NCBI GenBank assembly: GCA_963677595.1
Contig: OY782041.1
Location: 576,001-640,000 of the forward strand
Direction: 5' to 3'
From: Spirochaetia bacterium
Lineage (GTDB): Bacteria > Spirochaetota > Spirochaetia > CAKZLE01
Length of the DNA: 64,000 nt
Shown: one piece after another, positions 16,732-26,934 of the stretch
How the letters are laid out: the number at the start of each line of letters is the position of its first letter
How positions within the stretch are numbered: the stretch's first letter is position 1
Notes under the pieces: model-generated
Database searches by the model: none
Told to the model about the DNA's origin: nothing
Seen by the model: only the letters and a program-made list of their open reading frames with translations
Made by a program: the position numbers and the translations under genes

Positions 16732-18886
16732 TCCCGACCCCGATGATCACGTCCCCGAGGAAGGAGCTTATGCCTATACCCGCACCACTCCCGAACTTCA
16801 GGTCTATCCCATCGGTGCTTGCCGGGAACTCATCCCAGCCGTTCCCGAGGCGGAACTGGGTGATACCGTAGATATCGGCTCCAATGACCTCCGAGATGGT
16901 CTTGAACCGGTGCTGGTAGGCAACCCCGATCATGAGCGAATCATTATAGACATTCCGGCTGGTGAGGTATCCTGGGATACCGTCCCAGCCACCGATATCG
17001 AACCCCATCTGCCTGTTTGTGAACCGACCCCTGTAGGAGCCGAAATGAAGGTCATAAGACAGGGTCCCGAACTCGGTTATCGGTATATGGTGATCATGTT
17101 CCAGGAAGATCCGGTGGTACCAGCTGTCCGAGGGTATCATGGAGAACTCGATGAAAGAGGAATGGATGATCCCGCTGTGGATGAACGGATGGTGTTCCGT
17201 ATCCTTCCAGATGAAGGAGGGGCCGAAGACCAGGTCAATGTCCGTCTGCACATCCACGGCCTCAGGATCCTCCCCGTAGAGCCAGGAGATATATTCAGAG
17301 AAGTGCGCACCTATCTCAGTGAACCTGCCGAACAGCAGCCCCGCTTCCTGCCTGGCAGAGAGCAGGATGGACCTCTTTATCGTCTCATCAGCAGCCGTCA
17401 ATTCCTCGTTATAGAGGTTCACCGTCGGGTGGATATACCCGAAGGAACCTATCGGGGTGAAGAGTTCAAGGTCCAGCTTGAACTGCTCCCCGAGCTTCAT
17501 GTCCATCATCGCGTAGGCATGGGTACCAAAGAGCTCGGTGAACACCAGGGAGGCCGTAAGGGCCGGGTCAAGGTACCAGGGAACTGCTAGGTTCGCCGAA
17601 TACTCGGCATCAAAGGCGAAACCGAGCCCGATCGAATTCCTCCCGCGGTCTGAGAGGACCGGTGAGATCTCCAGGTCGAACCCATCGTCCGCAGGGACCA
17701 GGGCATATCGGATGGAATCGTACCGGCCGGTCGCTACGAGCCTGTTGATCGACCTGTCAAGCTCCTCGAGTGTCGCATGGTCCAGGGTCGTCTCCCTGAT
17801 CCCCTCGAAGAGATCCAGCGGGAACAGTTCATCATCGGTCGCCAGGGAGACTGCAAGGAATTCCGGGTTCGGGAGGCTCGCATAGACCCCTTCCCGGTCA
17901 GGGGCAGGGATGGGGATATCACGGGTCTTGGAGACCTGGTCCCGCAATGAGAGGAGCTTTGCTTCCAGTTCCCTCGCAGCAGCCTCTCCTCGCTTGATGA
18001 ACTCTTCATACTCGGTGAACATCGCCGCATTGAGACCTGAGAGGTCCGGTTGGATCACGAGATCAGCCAGCTTCGCATGCTCCTCCTCGGTGCTGTCGAG
18101 GATGATCAGCAGCGTCTGGGTCAGGATGTCGATGCTCGAATTCAACTTCTCAGGAGACGATACCTGCTCAGAGTCGACATCGACCGCGATGATGATATCG
18201 GCTCCCATGGATCGTGCGACATCGACGGGGAGGTTGTTCCTCACTCCCCCGTCGAGGTAGTAGTTCCCGTCGATCTCATAGGGGGCGAATACGGTAGGTA
18301 TCGACATAGTCGCCCGCATCGCATCAGCGATCCTGCCGGAGTCGAAGACCTTCTCCTCTCCGGTCAGGAGGTTGACGCCGACACAGCGGAACCTTCGGGA
18401 GAACTGATCGAAATCATCGATATACGAGACCTTGGAGGTGACCCGTGAGAGCATGGAGAGGATCTTCTGGTCTGAGATGACCCCAAGGGAGGTCCCGAAC
18501 CCGTCCTTGTCGAATGAGAAGGAGAGGATATTCTGCTCCCCGTCGATGACCGGACCGAAATAGTAGTCATAGGGGCTGGAAGGTGGAAGGAAGAGATCTA
18601 CCCAGTCCGTGGAAGCGACTGTCTCCTGGATCTCTTCAGGGGTGTACCCGATCGCGTACAAGCCGCCTGCAAGTCCTCCCATGCTCGTCCCCACCACGAT
18701 ATCGACGGGGATACCAAGTTCTTCGATGACCTTGAGCACCCCGATATGGGCGAAACCGAGCGCAGCTCCCCCTGACAGGACCAGGGCGACCTGGGGATCG
18801 CGTCCTGCTGCCTCATCCATCGACTCTGCCGGCACTGCCGAACAGATGAGGAGGATGAAGAACACAGCCGCAAGCGATCGTTTCAT
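16688..18886 (-). CDS. Patatin-like phospholipase with signal peptide and probable C-terminal beta-barrel (PlpD-like)
   Basis: GGAALG, GTSMG and DGG motifs; N-terminal signal peptide; amphipathic beta-rich C-terminal half. Confidence 0.88.
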   Translation of the reverse strand: MKRSLAAVFFILLICSAVPAESMDEAAGRDPQVALVLSGGAALGFAHIGVLKVIEELGIPVDIVVGTSMGGLAGGLYAIGYTPEEIQETVASTDWVDLFLPPSSPYDYYFGPVIDGEQNILSFSFDKDGFGTSLGVISDQKILSMLSRVTSKVSYIDDFDQFSRRFRCVGVNLLTGEEKVFDSGRIADAMRATMSIPTVFAPYEIDGNYYLDGGVRNNLPVDVARSMGADIIIAVDVDSEQVSSPEKLNSSIDILTQTLLIILDSTEEEHAKLADLVIQPDLSGLNAAMFTEYEEFIKRGEAAARELEAKLLSLRDQVSKTRDIPIPAPDREGVYASLPNPEFLAVSLATDDELFPLDLFEGIRETTLDHATLEELDRSINRLVATGRYDSIRYALVPADDGFDLEISPVLSDRGRNSIGLGFAFDAEYSANLAVPWYLDPALTASLVFTELFGTHAYAMMDMKLGEQFKLDLELFTPIGSFGYIHPTVNLYNEELTAADETIKRSILLSARQEAGLLFGRFTEIGAHFSEYISWLYGEDPEAVDVQTDIDLVFGPSFIWKDTEHHPFIHSGIIHSSFIEFSMIPSDSWYHRIFLEHDHHIPITEFGTLSYDLHFGSYRGRFTNRQMGFDIGGWDGIPGYLTSRNVYNDSLMIGVAYQHRFKTISEVIGADIYGITQFRLGNGWDEFPASTDGIDLKFGSGAGIGISSFLGDVIIGVGINQDARVAYYILMN

Positions 18887-18914
18887 GTCAGGCTATTCCT
18901 TGTAATAGAGAGGG

Positions 18915-19865
18915 CTAGACTCCCAGTTCTGCCCCGATCAGGCCGGGGTTCCCATTGATGAAGGATTTCCAATCCAGTTCCTTCTTCGACTGCAGCTGCA
19001 GTCTCCCCACCCCGAGCAGGCCGCTGCCTGCCGCGATGATGACTCCGTGCCCCGCAACGGCACCGAGGACCGTTCCCGGCCTTGTCGAACCGTCGACCGT
19101 GATACCGGGGATCTCATCGGTAAACTCATGGACATCACTGAGCATGAGGGTATTCCCCTGGTAGCTGGTGAAGGCCTTCGGCCAGGGGTAGTATGCACGG
19201 ACCATGCAGGAGATACTCCCTGCAGATTGCCCCCAGTCGATCAGGGCATCCGACTTCTGGATGAACGAACAGTAGGTGGCCCCATCCGGGTTCTGGGCTT
19301 GCGGTACGGCAGTACCGTCAACCAGGGAGCGTACCGCCCTGCAGAGCACGTCAGGGCTCTGCAGCGATACATACGCGCTCAGGGACTCGGTCGTCTCGGT
19401 CCCCTCGAGGGGGAACCTCAGGACCTCGAGGATATCACCCTCGTCCATCCCGGGAGAGATGCGCTGCACTGTGATCCCCGTCTCCTCGTCACCTGCCCGG
19501 ATAGCGGCAGGGATCGGGGTCGCACCCCGATACTTGGGCAACAGTGAAGGATGTACGTTGAGTCCACCTTCAGGGAAGACCGCGAGGAACTTCGGGCCGA
19601 AGATCCTCCCGAATGCGAAGGAGACCAGCAGGTCAGGTTCCAGGCTGCGTACCGCCTCACGGGCTTCCGCATAGAGGTGGTCGAACTGGAGCACGGGGAT
19701 CCCGAGTTCCACTGCCTTGGTTTTCACCTCGGTAGGGAGCAGCTTCTTGCCCCTGCCCTTCTTCCTGTCCGGGTTTGTCAGGACACCTACGACCTCGAAC
19801 TCATTCGCAAGGGCTTCGAGACAGGGAACAGCGATGGCTGGACTGCCGGCGAACACGATCCTCAT
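18915..19865 (-). CDS. fmt: Methionyl-tRNA formyltransferase
   Basis: TNPDRKKGRG and NVHPSLLPKYRGATP motifs; adjacent to def. Confidence 0.97.
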   Translation of the reverse strand: MRIVFAGSPAIAVPCLEALANEFEVVGVLTNPDRKKGRGKKLLPTEVKTKAVELGIPVLQFDHLYAEAREAVRSLEPDLLVSFAFGRIFGPKFLAVFPEGGLNVHPSLLPKYRGATPIPAAIRAGDEETGITVQRISPGMDEGDILEVLRFPLEGTETTESLSAYVSLQSPDVLCRAVRSLVDGTAVPQAQNPDGATYCSFIQKSDALIDWGQSAGSISCMVRAYYPWPKAFTSYQGNTLMLSDVHEFTDEIPGITVDGSTRPGTVLGAVAGHGVIIAAGSGLLGVGRLQLQSKKELDWKSFINGNPGLIGAELGV

Positions 19866-19867
19866 CT

Positions 19868-20371
19868 TCAGACTCTTCGCTTTCTCGGTCTATGCTTCTT
19901 CTCATATGCCTTGAGGAGCCGCTCGCGGCGGTCCTCAGGTATCCTGTCGACGAAGAGGACCCCGTTGAGGTGGTCATACTCATGCTGGATGACCCTGGCT
20001 AGCATGCCTGAAGCCTTCAGGACAAAGGCTTTCCCTTGGAGGTCCTGGGCCTGGATGGTGATCCCTGAAGGCCTGACGACTTCGGAGTAGACACCGGGAA
20101 CACTCAGGCACCCCTCCTCATAGGCGACTACCTCCTGGGAAGTCTCGACGATCTCAGGGTTGATGAAGACTCGCGGCTCATCATCCTTGGGATGCGTCAC
20201 GAAGATCCTCTTCCCCACAGCGATCTGCGGTGCAGCAAGCCCGATACCGTCATCATCATCCATCGACTCGAACATGGCATCGACGAGGAGCTTCAGCTCA
20301 GAGCCGAAAGAGGTCACAGGTTTTGCCTTCTCACGTAAAATATCTTCACCAATCGTTACTATTTCCAACAT
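19868..20371 (-). CDS. def: Peptide deformylase
   Basis: GIGLAAPQ, EGCLS and QHEYDHL motifs. Confidence 0.98.
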   Translation of the reverse strand: MLEIVTIGEDILREKAKPVTSFGSELKLLVDAMFESMDDDDGIGLAAPQIAVGKRIFVTHPKDDEPRVFINPEIVETSQEVVAYEEGCLSVPGVYSEVVRPSGITIQAQDLQGKAFVLKASGMLARVIQHEYDHLNGVLFVDRIPEDRRERLLKAYEKKHRPRKRRV

Positions 20372-20412
20372 GCCTGTATGATACCGATTCCATCTGCGAT
20401 GGTCAATGAATA

Positions 20413-22368
20413 TCAGAGTAAGTTCACCGGGTCGAAGTCTATCTCAAGGTAGACCTTGCCGTCAGCCTTATACACGGAATCAAGATAGCCGACGACCCGG
20501 TGCAGGGACTTGAACTCACGGCTCTTCACGAGGATCTGGAACCGGTAGTTGTTCGATATCTTCGCGATCGGGGCCTCGGCCGGGCCGAGGATCTCGACTT
20601 CTGACATCTTGAGCTCCTCGATCATCCCCGAGAGCACCTCCGCCGCCGCCTCAGCCGCCCTGTTGGCATGTGAAGCACTCCTGGACCTGAAGACCAGCCG
20701 GCAGAACCTGGTGAAGGGAGGGAAATCGAGCTCATTGCGCATCTGCAGCTCCTGCTCGAAGAACTCTTCCAGCTTCCCTGCCGCGGCTGCCTGGATCGCG
20801 GGGTTCTCCGGATGGTAGGTCTGGATGATGACCCGTCCGCTGTCGCTGAACCTGCCGGAACGACCCGCTACCTGGAGCAGCAGGGAGAAGGTCCTCTCAT
20901 ACGCCCGGAAGTCAGGCAGGTGCAGTCCGCTGTCAGCGAGGACGATCCCGACCAGGTCCACGTCAGGGAAGTTCAACCCCTTAGCTACCATCTGGGTCCC
21001 AAGCAGAATATCGAGCTTGTGAGAGGAGAACTCATCGAGGACACCTTTAAGCTGGTGCCGGTCCTTCGTCACATCTGCATCCAGCCTCCCGACACGGGCG
21101 GCTGGGAAGGTCCGCCTGACGGTCTCCTCCACCAGTTCCGTCCCAAACCCGGAATACCCCACATCGACCGACCCGCACTCAGGGCAGGAGGTGATCGGGC
21201 GCTCCGAGTACCCGCAGTAATGGCATACCATCCGGTGCTTGTGCCGGTGGTAGGTCAGCGGGACCGAGCAGTGCCGGCAGTGCATCTCGTAGCCGCAGCT
21301 CCGGCAGTGGAAGAAGTAGGAGAACCCCCGCCTGTTGAGGAAGAGGATCACCTGCTTGTCCCTGGAGAGGACCTCGCGAATCGCTGTGACCAGCTCCCGG
21401 GAGAGGATATCGGGCTTGCTGTGGATATCGATGACCTCGATCTCCGGCATCGAACCGCCCGATACCCGTTGGGGGAGGTCCAGCCGGCGGATGCGGCCGG
21501 TCTTCATCAACCTCCATGCCTCGAGCGACGGTGTCGCACTGCCCATGACCACCACGGCCCCATGGTCTGCAGCACGCTTCATGGCGATCTGCCGGGCATG
21601 GTAGCGGGGTGTCGAACCGGACTTGTAGCTGTTCTCATGCTCCTCATCGATGATGATCATCCCGAGCTCCCTGCACGGTGCGAACACGGCACTCCGTGCA
21701 CCGATCACCAGGTGGACCTCATCACGGAGGATCCGTCTCCACTCCTTCAGTCGCTGCGAAGGGGTCAGCGCAGAATGGAGGATCGCCACGTCATCCGGAA
21801 ACCGCTCCTTCACCATGGCTGCCAGCTGATGGGTCAGTGAGATCTCGGGCACCAGGTAGATGACGCTCTTCCCCCGCCCTATGAACTCCTCTGCTGCCTG
21901 GAGGAAGACCTCGGTCTTCCCGGAGCCTGTCACCCCGTAGAGGTAGTAGAGGTCATCTTCATGCGCGAGTATCGATGCGAGGGCTTCCTTCTGGTGTGAG
22001 GAGAGGCTGATCCCCTCCTGTCTTGGGGTCTCCTCGATCCCGAGGGACGGGACCTCGACCTCACGTCTGCCGCCCGGGATCATCAGGGAGAGAGCCTCTC
22101 CCTGAGAACAGAGGTAGAGGGAAGAGACCCAGGAAGCGAGTTCTATCTCGGCCTTCCCGAAGAGGGGCTCCTTATCGATGACGCGTTTGATGGGCTTGAT
22201 CGGGTAGGAGGATTCATGTTCCTCGGCTGTGCTGATGACATAGCCGGTCAGGTTCCTGTTCCTGAACGGGGCGGTGACCCTGAAACCTGCCTCACAGGGA
22301 ACATCATCTGCAGCCTCATAGGTGAAGGAGCTGCGGAGAGGCAGGTTGAACAGGACGTCTATGTACAT
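20413..22368 (-). CDS. priA: Primosomal protein N'
   Basis: GVTGSGKT, DEEH, four CxxC pairs, AKGLNFP and QVAGRSGR motifs. Confidence 0.97.
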   Translation of the reverse strand: MYIDVLFNLPLRSSFTYEAADDVPCEAGFRVTAPFRNRNLTGYVISTAEEHESSYPIKPIKRVIDKEPLFGKAEIELASWVSSLYLCSQGEALSLMIPGGRREVEVPSLGIEETPRQEGISLSSHQKEALASILAHEDDLYYLYGVTGSGKTEVFLQAAEEFIGRGKSVIYLVPEISLTHQLAAMVKERFPDDVAILHSALTPSQRLKEWRRILRDEVHLVIGARSAVFAPCRELGMIIIDEEHENSYKSGSTPRYHARQIAMKRAADHGAVVVMGSATPSLEAWRLMKTGRIRRLDLPQRVSGGSMPEIEVIDIHSKPDILSRELVTAIREVLSRDKQVILFLNRRGFSYFFHCRSCGYEMHCRHCSVPLTYHRHKHRMVCHYCGYSERPITSCPECGSVDVGYSGFGTELVEETVRRTFPAARVGRLDADVTKDRHQLKGVLDEFSSHKLDILLGTQMVAKGLNFPDVDLVGIVLADSGLHLPDFRAYERTFSLLLQVAGRSGRFSDSGRVIIQTYHPENPAIQAAAAGKLEEFFEQELQMRNELDFPPFTRFCRLVFRSRSASHANRAAEAAAEVLSGMIEELKMSEVEILGPAEAPIAKISNNYRFQILVKSREFKSLHRVVGYLDSVYKADGKVYLEIDFDPVNLL

Positions 22369-22370
22369 GG

Positions 22371-23075
22371 CTACTCACCGGAAGCCGGGTCGAAGACCGA
22401 ACGCAGGAGCTTCAGGTCCTCCCAGACCGGACGGCGGTACTTGTCAGGGTACCTGAGGACGGCACTCGGGTGGTAGGTAGCTACCAGCGGTATGCCGCGG
22501 TAGGAGTAGACCGTGCCCCGCAGCTTGCCGAGGCCGTCTGTCGTGTCGAGGAGGATCTGTGTTGAGATCCTCCCGACGCAGAGGATGGTCTCAGGCTTGA
22601 TGAGCTCGAGCTGCCTGTTCAGGTAGGGGATACAAGCAGCCTGTTCCTCCGGAAAGGGATCTCGATTGTCAGGAGGCCTGCACTTGATGATATTGCCGAT
22701 GAAGAGGTCGTGCTGCCGGTCGAGATCGATCGCGTTCATCCAGCGGTCAAGGTAGTTCCCCGACTTCCCGACGAACGGGAGGCCGCTCTCATCCTCCTGT
22801 GCCCCGGGTGCCTCCCCGATGACCATGACCTTGGGATTCATCACACCGGTCCCTGGCACGGGATGCTTCCTCCCGGAACAGAGCCCGCACAAGGTACAAT
22901 CCATGATCCGTTCGGCGATCTGGTCAAGGTCCAGGGAATCGAGGGTCTCCTCTTCCGGTGCAGCTGTCTCGATGACCAGGTCCCCAGTCTCCAGCACCTC
23001 TTTCCGTCTGTCCTTCCCCTGGAGGAGCTGGTGCGTTCCCTCCAGGATATCCCAGTACTGTTCGATCCTATTCAT
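22371..23075 (-). CDS. Family 4 uracil-DNA glycosylase
   Basis: CxxC, GEAPG, PFVG, KCRPP and YHPS motifs. Confidence 0.95.
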   Translation of the reverse strand: MNRIEQYWDILEGTHQLLQGKDRRKEVLETGDLVIETAAPEEETLDSLDLDQIAERIMDCTLCGLCSGRKHPVPGTGVMNPKVMVIGEAPGAQEDESGLPFVGKSGNYLDRWMNAIDLDRQHDLFIGNIIKCRPPDNRDPFPEEQAACIPYLNRQLELIKPETILCVGRISTQILLDTTDGLGKLRGTVYSYRGIPLVATYHPSAVLRYPDKYRRPVWEDLKLLRSVFDPASGE

Positions 23076-23820
23076 ATTCCACTCTCTCCAGTCTCAAACC
23101 CATCGCGGGGGCAGTCGTCCCAGCCCTTCCCCGGTCAGCTGACGCAAGGATATCACGCATATACTCAGGGGGGAAGCCCTCCCGTGCTGCATCCAGCATC
23201 GTCCCGACGAGGGAGCGAACCATCCTCCAGAGGAAGGCATTCCCACAGATCGTGAACTCCAGGGCTGCCCCGTTCATGTTCCATGATGCCTGGTAGATCT
23301 CCCGGACCCGGGACTCGCTCGCATCCTTTGCCGTCGTGAAGGTCGTGAAATCATGGACCCCGACCAGGTATGCAGCATAGCCGTTCAGCTGTGCCAGGCC
23401 AGGCAGCTGAGGCAGGCTGAGGCAGAAACGCTGGTCCATCGGCGTCATGCTCGCATAACTCCTGACCACGTATCGGTAGGCTCTCCTGAGCGCACTGTAC
23501 CGTGCATGGAAGTCAGGGGAGACCTCCTCAGAGCGGTAGATCCTCACATCCCCCGGCAGCCTACTGTTCAGGGCAGGCACGAACTTGTCGGCAGGGATCG
23601 ATGCGATATCGGTATCGAAGTGGGCCGTCTGGCCTGTGGCATGGACCCCGGTATCAGTCCTCCCCGAGCCATGGAGCCGTACCGGGTGGCCATGGACTGC
23701 GGCCAGGGCCTTCTCGATCTCGCCCTGTACTGAGCGGTCGACCGGCTGGACCTGCCAACCGCAGAAATCAGTACCGTCATACCCGATGAGGAGTCGGATC
23801 CTTCTCTGGTGTTCTCCCAT
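23068..23820 (-). CDS. truA: tRNA pseudouridine(38-40) synthase
   Basis: YDGTDFCGWQ, GRTDTGVHA and FLWRMVR motifs. Confidence 0.97.
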   Translation of the reverse strand: MGEHQRRIRLLIGYDGTDFCGWQVQPVDRSVQGEIEKALAAVHGHPVRLHGSGRTDTGVHATGQTAHFDTDIASIPADKFVPALNSRLPGDVRIYRSEEVSPDFHARYSALRRAYRYVVRSYASMTPMDQRFCLSLPQLPGLAQLNGYAAYLVGVHDFTTFTTAKDASESRVREIYQASWNMNGAALEFTICGNAFLWRMVRSLVGTMLDAAREGFPPEYMRDILASADRGRAGTTAPAMGLRLERVEYE

Positions 23821-23822
23821 GA

Positions 23823-24194
23823 TCAGCTCTCGAACAGGACGACTGCAGCCGCAGTCTTCGATTCATGGGAGAGCGACACATGGATGCTGCCCACGCCAAG
23901 CTGCTTCACCGCCTCAGCGGCTGTCCCATGGAGCCTGAGAAAAGGCCTTCCAAACTCATCGTGGTCAAGCTGGATGTCGGGAAGCGACAACCCCCGGAGC
24001 CCCTTTCCCGTCGCCTTCCCGAACGCCTCCTTCACGGCGAACCGGGAGGCCAGGAGGACCGCACGGGACTCCCGGCTCTCCATGATCTCCGCATACTCCT
24101 GCGGGTGGAGGAACCGCCTCATGAACGGGCTCTCTTCGGTCAGCTTCTCCATCCTCGACACGTCCACGATATCGAGTCCCATACCGATGATCAT
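23823..24194 (-). CDS. acpS: Holo-ACP synthase
   Basis: GMGLDIV, RFAVKEAF.KA.G and SLSHE motifs. Confidence 0.96.
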   Translation of the reverse strand: MIIGMGLDIVDVSRMEKLTEESPFMRRFLHPQEYAEIMESRESRAVLLASRFAVKEAFGKATGKGLRGLSLPDIQLDHDEFGRPFLRLHGTAAEAVKQLGVGSIHVSLSHESKTAAAVVLFES

Positions 24195-24598
24195 AAGGAC
24201 GCTCCCGGTGCCAGGTGTATCCTGATCCCCGAGGGATCCGGGATCACCTGGAGTTCTCCGATGGTCTCGAATACCAGCCCCCGGGTGATCCTCACTGGGA
24301 CGGTGACCGTCCCCTCCTCGGTGATGCCGGAGATATCGATGAAGGCGGAGATGTCTTCGGGGTAGACGGAGAAGACATCAGCCTGGTCTCCGGTGATCTC
24401 CACGTCGACCGTCTCAGGGTAGGCGGTATCGATGACGAGTGAGGCATTGCCGACTACCGTCAGCGGGATCTCGAAGGAACGGTGCTCGACCGAGATGAGC
24501 TGCACGAAGAAGTAGAGCAGTACGGCTACCAACAGGGAGATGATCTTGACCGGCCAGTCGAAGACCAGCCAGTTGAGGAACTTATTCTGTCTCATCAT
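24191..24598 (-). CDS. cdaR: CdaR/YbbR-like regulator (single YbbR domain)
   Basis: TM segment KIISLLVAVLLYFFV followed by a YbbR-like domain; overlaps cdaA. Confidence 0.8.
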   Translation of the reverse strand: MMRQNKFLNWLVFDWPVKIISLLVAVLLYFFVQLISVEHRSFEIPLTVVGNASLVIDTAYPETVDVEITGDQADVFSVYPEDISAFIDISGITEEGTVTVPVRITRGLVFETIGELQVIPDPSGIRIHLAPGASL

Positions 24599-25397
24599 GC
24601 GCCTCCTCGATCTCCTCCGGTGTCACGTCATAGTAGTTGAGCAGGGCTATGAGCATCTTGTGGATGGTATCGGGTACGAGATCATAATAGAGATTGGCAT
24701 TATAGGCAAGGGACATGGCTCCTGTCTCCTCGGAGACGGCAAGGACCACGGCATCCGTGTCCTCAGCCATACCGAGAGCCGCACGGTGCCGTGCACCGAA
24801 GCTCTTCCTGATATCGGCCTGCTCGCTCAGCGGGAGGAAACAGCCGGCGGAGAGGATCTTGCGCCCCTGGATCAGCACGGCCCCGTCATGGAGCGGTGTG
24901 TCATGGTCGAAGATCGTGAGGATCAGGGCACTCGAGAGGTCTGCATTCAGCCGGGTCCCGGAATCGAGGATCCCCTTGACGCCGAGTTTGCGCGGGAAGA
25001 CGATCAGCGCCCCGCGGCGCTTGGTCGAGAGTACGTCGAGCGCGTTGATGATCGTATCGATCTGTTCGCTGGTCGTCTGGGAGCCGAACCTGAACAGGCC
25101 CCTGCTGCCGCCCCACAACCTGGTGAACGCCCGCCGGAGTTCTGGCTGGTAGATGATGGCAAGGACGATGATGATGATCGGGGTCAGTTCACGGTACCCC
25201 CACAGGATCGTCTGCAGCTTCAGCAGGTAGGCAAGCAGGTAGAGACAGGCCATATAGACGAACACCTTGATCATCTGGACGGCGTTCGTCTGAGAGACCG
25301 TCGTATACACCTTGTAGAGGAGAAAGGTCACGATCAGAATGTCTATTGCAGGTATGATGATCTCTTTCACATACCAGATTGCCAGGATCTCATCCAA
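24582..25397 (-). CDS. cdaA: Diadenylate cyclase
   Basis: Three TM segments, QPELRR, LHDGA and GARHRAA motifs; TTG start with AAGGAG. Confidence 0.96.
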   Translation of the reverse strand: MDEILAIWYVKEIIIPAIDILIVTFLLYKVYTTVSQTNAVQMIKVFVYMACLYLLAYLLKLQTILWGYRELTPIIIIVLAIIYQPELRRAFTRLWGGSRGLFRFGSQTTSEQIDTIINALDVLSTKRRGALIVFPRKLGVKGILDSGTRLNADLSSALILTIFDHDTPLHDGAVLIQGRKILSAGCFLPLSEQADIRKSFGARHRAALGMAEDTDAVVLAVSEETGAMSLAYNANLYYDLVPDTIHKMLIALLNYYDVTPEEIEEAHDETE

Positions 25398-25454
25398 AGC
25401 AGGCTCCTTCGTTCCGGGTCATATATCTCACAGTATAGATGCTGTTCCCAGTTA

Positions 25455-26909
25455 TCACAAGAGCGGTGATATCAGGCGGAACACAGAGTTGCGAAGTTTA
25501 CGCAGCGACGATATATTATGGTAGTCCACCATGGTGAACCGGCGGCTTGCCTCGCAATCCTGCTCGAACTGCCTGACGAACTCCTTCGCCGTCTGCGGGT
25601 CATAGAAGGTGGTGTTCAGCTCGAAATCGAGGAAGAAGCTCCGCTGGTCCATGTTGCAGCTGCCGCAGGTGACGATCCGGTCATCGATGATCACGACCTT
25701 GCTGTGCAGGAATCCCGCAGTATAGAGATAGATCTTCACCCCGGCCTTCAGGAGCGACTCGAAGAAGGTATGGGCAGCCCAATACGGGATCAGCTTGTCC
25801 GGCCTGCCCGTGATCATGAGGTTCACATCCACCCCGCCGAGTGCCGCATTCTCCATCGCCGTCGTGATGCTCTCATCGGGGATGAAGTAGGGGCTCTGGA
25901 TGATGACCCGGTCATTCGCATTGGTGATCATCGTGAAATAGAGCTGCTGGATCGAGTACCAGTCCGAATCTGGCCCGCTCGAGAGCATCTGCACCCCGGT
26001 GAGGTTGACCCCATGGGTGGAGAGATCGAGTTCCTGGAAGAACCTGCCGATATCCTCCACGACGCCGCCGGAATTCATCCAGTCGGCGAGGAAGATCGAC
26101 TGCAGGACACCCGAGACATTCCCTGCGAACCGCATATGGGTGTCCCTCCAGGAATCGAACCGCTTTCCGCCGTCGATGTACTCCTTCCCGATATTCATCC
26201 CCCCGGTATAGGAAATCCGGTTGTCGATGACGACAATCTTCCGGTGGGAACTGTAGTTGAGAAGCCATGCGAAGAAGACGTTGCTCGGGTCGAGGAAGTT
26301 GCGGTACTCGACCTGGCTCCGGCGGAGCCTCCTGCGCCCCCTCCTGGAGAAGGTGAACTTGGAACCGGCACCGTCAACGAGGAGTCGAACCTCTACCCCT
26401 TCTGCGGCCTTGGCTTTGAGGATCTCCAGGATCTCCCCGCCGATCTCATCGTCACGGTAGATGAAGTACTCGATATGGATCGTTTTCCTGGCACTTTTAA
26501 GGTCCTCGATCAGGTCTGCGAAGTGCGGCTCCCCGGTATGGTAGATACGGCAGTCATTGTTCCCCATGACCACCCCGTTTGCCGCCCGCATGGTCATCAT
26601 CATGATCTTGTGCATATCGGAGCCGATATGCTCCTTCTTCTCGTTGATCAGCTCCCGCTGGTGGGCAAGGACATCACTCAGGTAGGTGCCGTACAGCTCC
26701 TCCGGGCGGTATTTCACCAGCTTTCGCTTCCGCCAGTTGATGCCCGAGAGCACATAGGCACCTACCCCCACATAGGGGATGAGGAACATGGCCATGATCC
26801 AGGCAAGGGAGGACTGGGCCGTCTTATTGTCAAAGAGCAGCTGGATGCTGAACGACACCGCCAGCACCAGTGAGATGATATAGAAGATGGAAAATCCGCC
26901 TATCTCCAT
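25455..26909 (-). CDS. cls: Cardiolipin synthase
   Basis: Two N-terminal TM segments and two HxKxxxxD motifs. Confidence 0.95.
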   Translation of the reverse strand: MEIGGFSIFYIISLVLAVSFSIQLLFDNKTAQSSLAWIMAMFLIPYVGVGAYVLSGINWRKRKLVKYRPEELYGTYLSDVLAHQRELINEKKEHIGSDMHKIMMMTMRAANGVVMGNNDCRIYHTGEPHFADLIEDLKSARKTIHIEYFIYRDDEIGGEILEILKAKAAEGVEVRLLVDGAGSKFTFSRRGRRRLRRSQVEYRNFLDPSNVFFAWLLNYSSHRKIVVIDNRISYTGGMNIGKEYIDGGKRFDSWRDTHMRFAGNVSGVLQSIFLADWMNSGGVVEDIGRFFQELDLSTHGVNLTGVQMLSSGPDSDWYSIQQLYFTMITNANDRVIIQSPYFIPDESITTAMENAALGGVDVNLMITGRPDKLIPYWAAHTFFESLLKAGVKIYLYTAGFLHSKVVIIDDRIVTCGSCNMDQRSFFLDFELNTTFYDPQTAKEFVRQFEQDCEASRRFTMVDYHNISSLRKLRNSVFRLISPLL

Positions 26910-26934
26910 CGAGTGGTATCCTCCCGAACCCCTA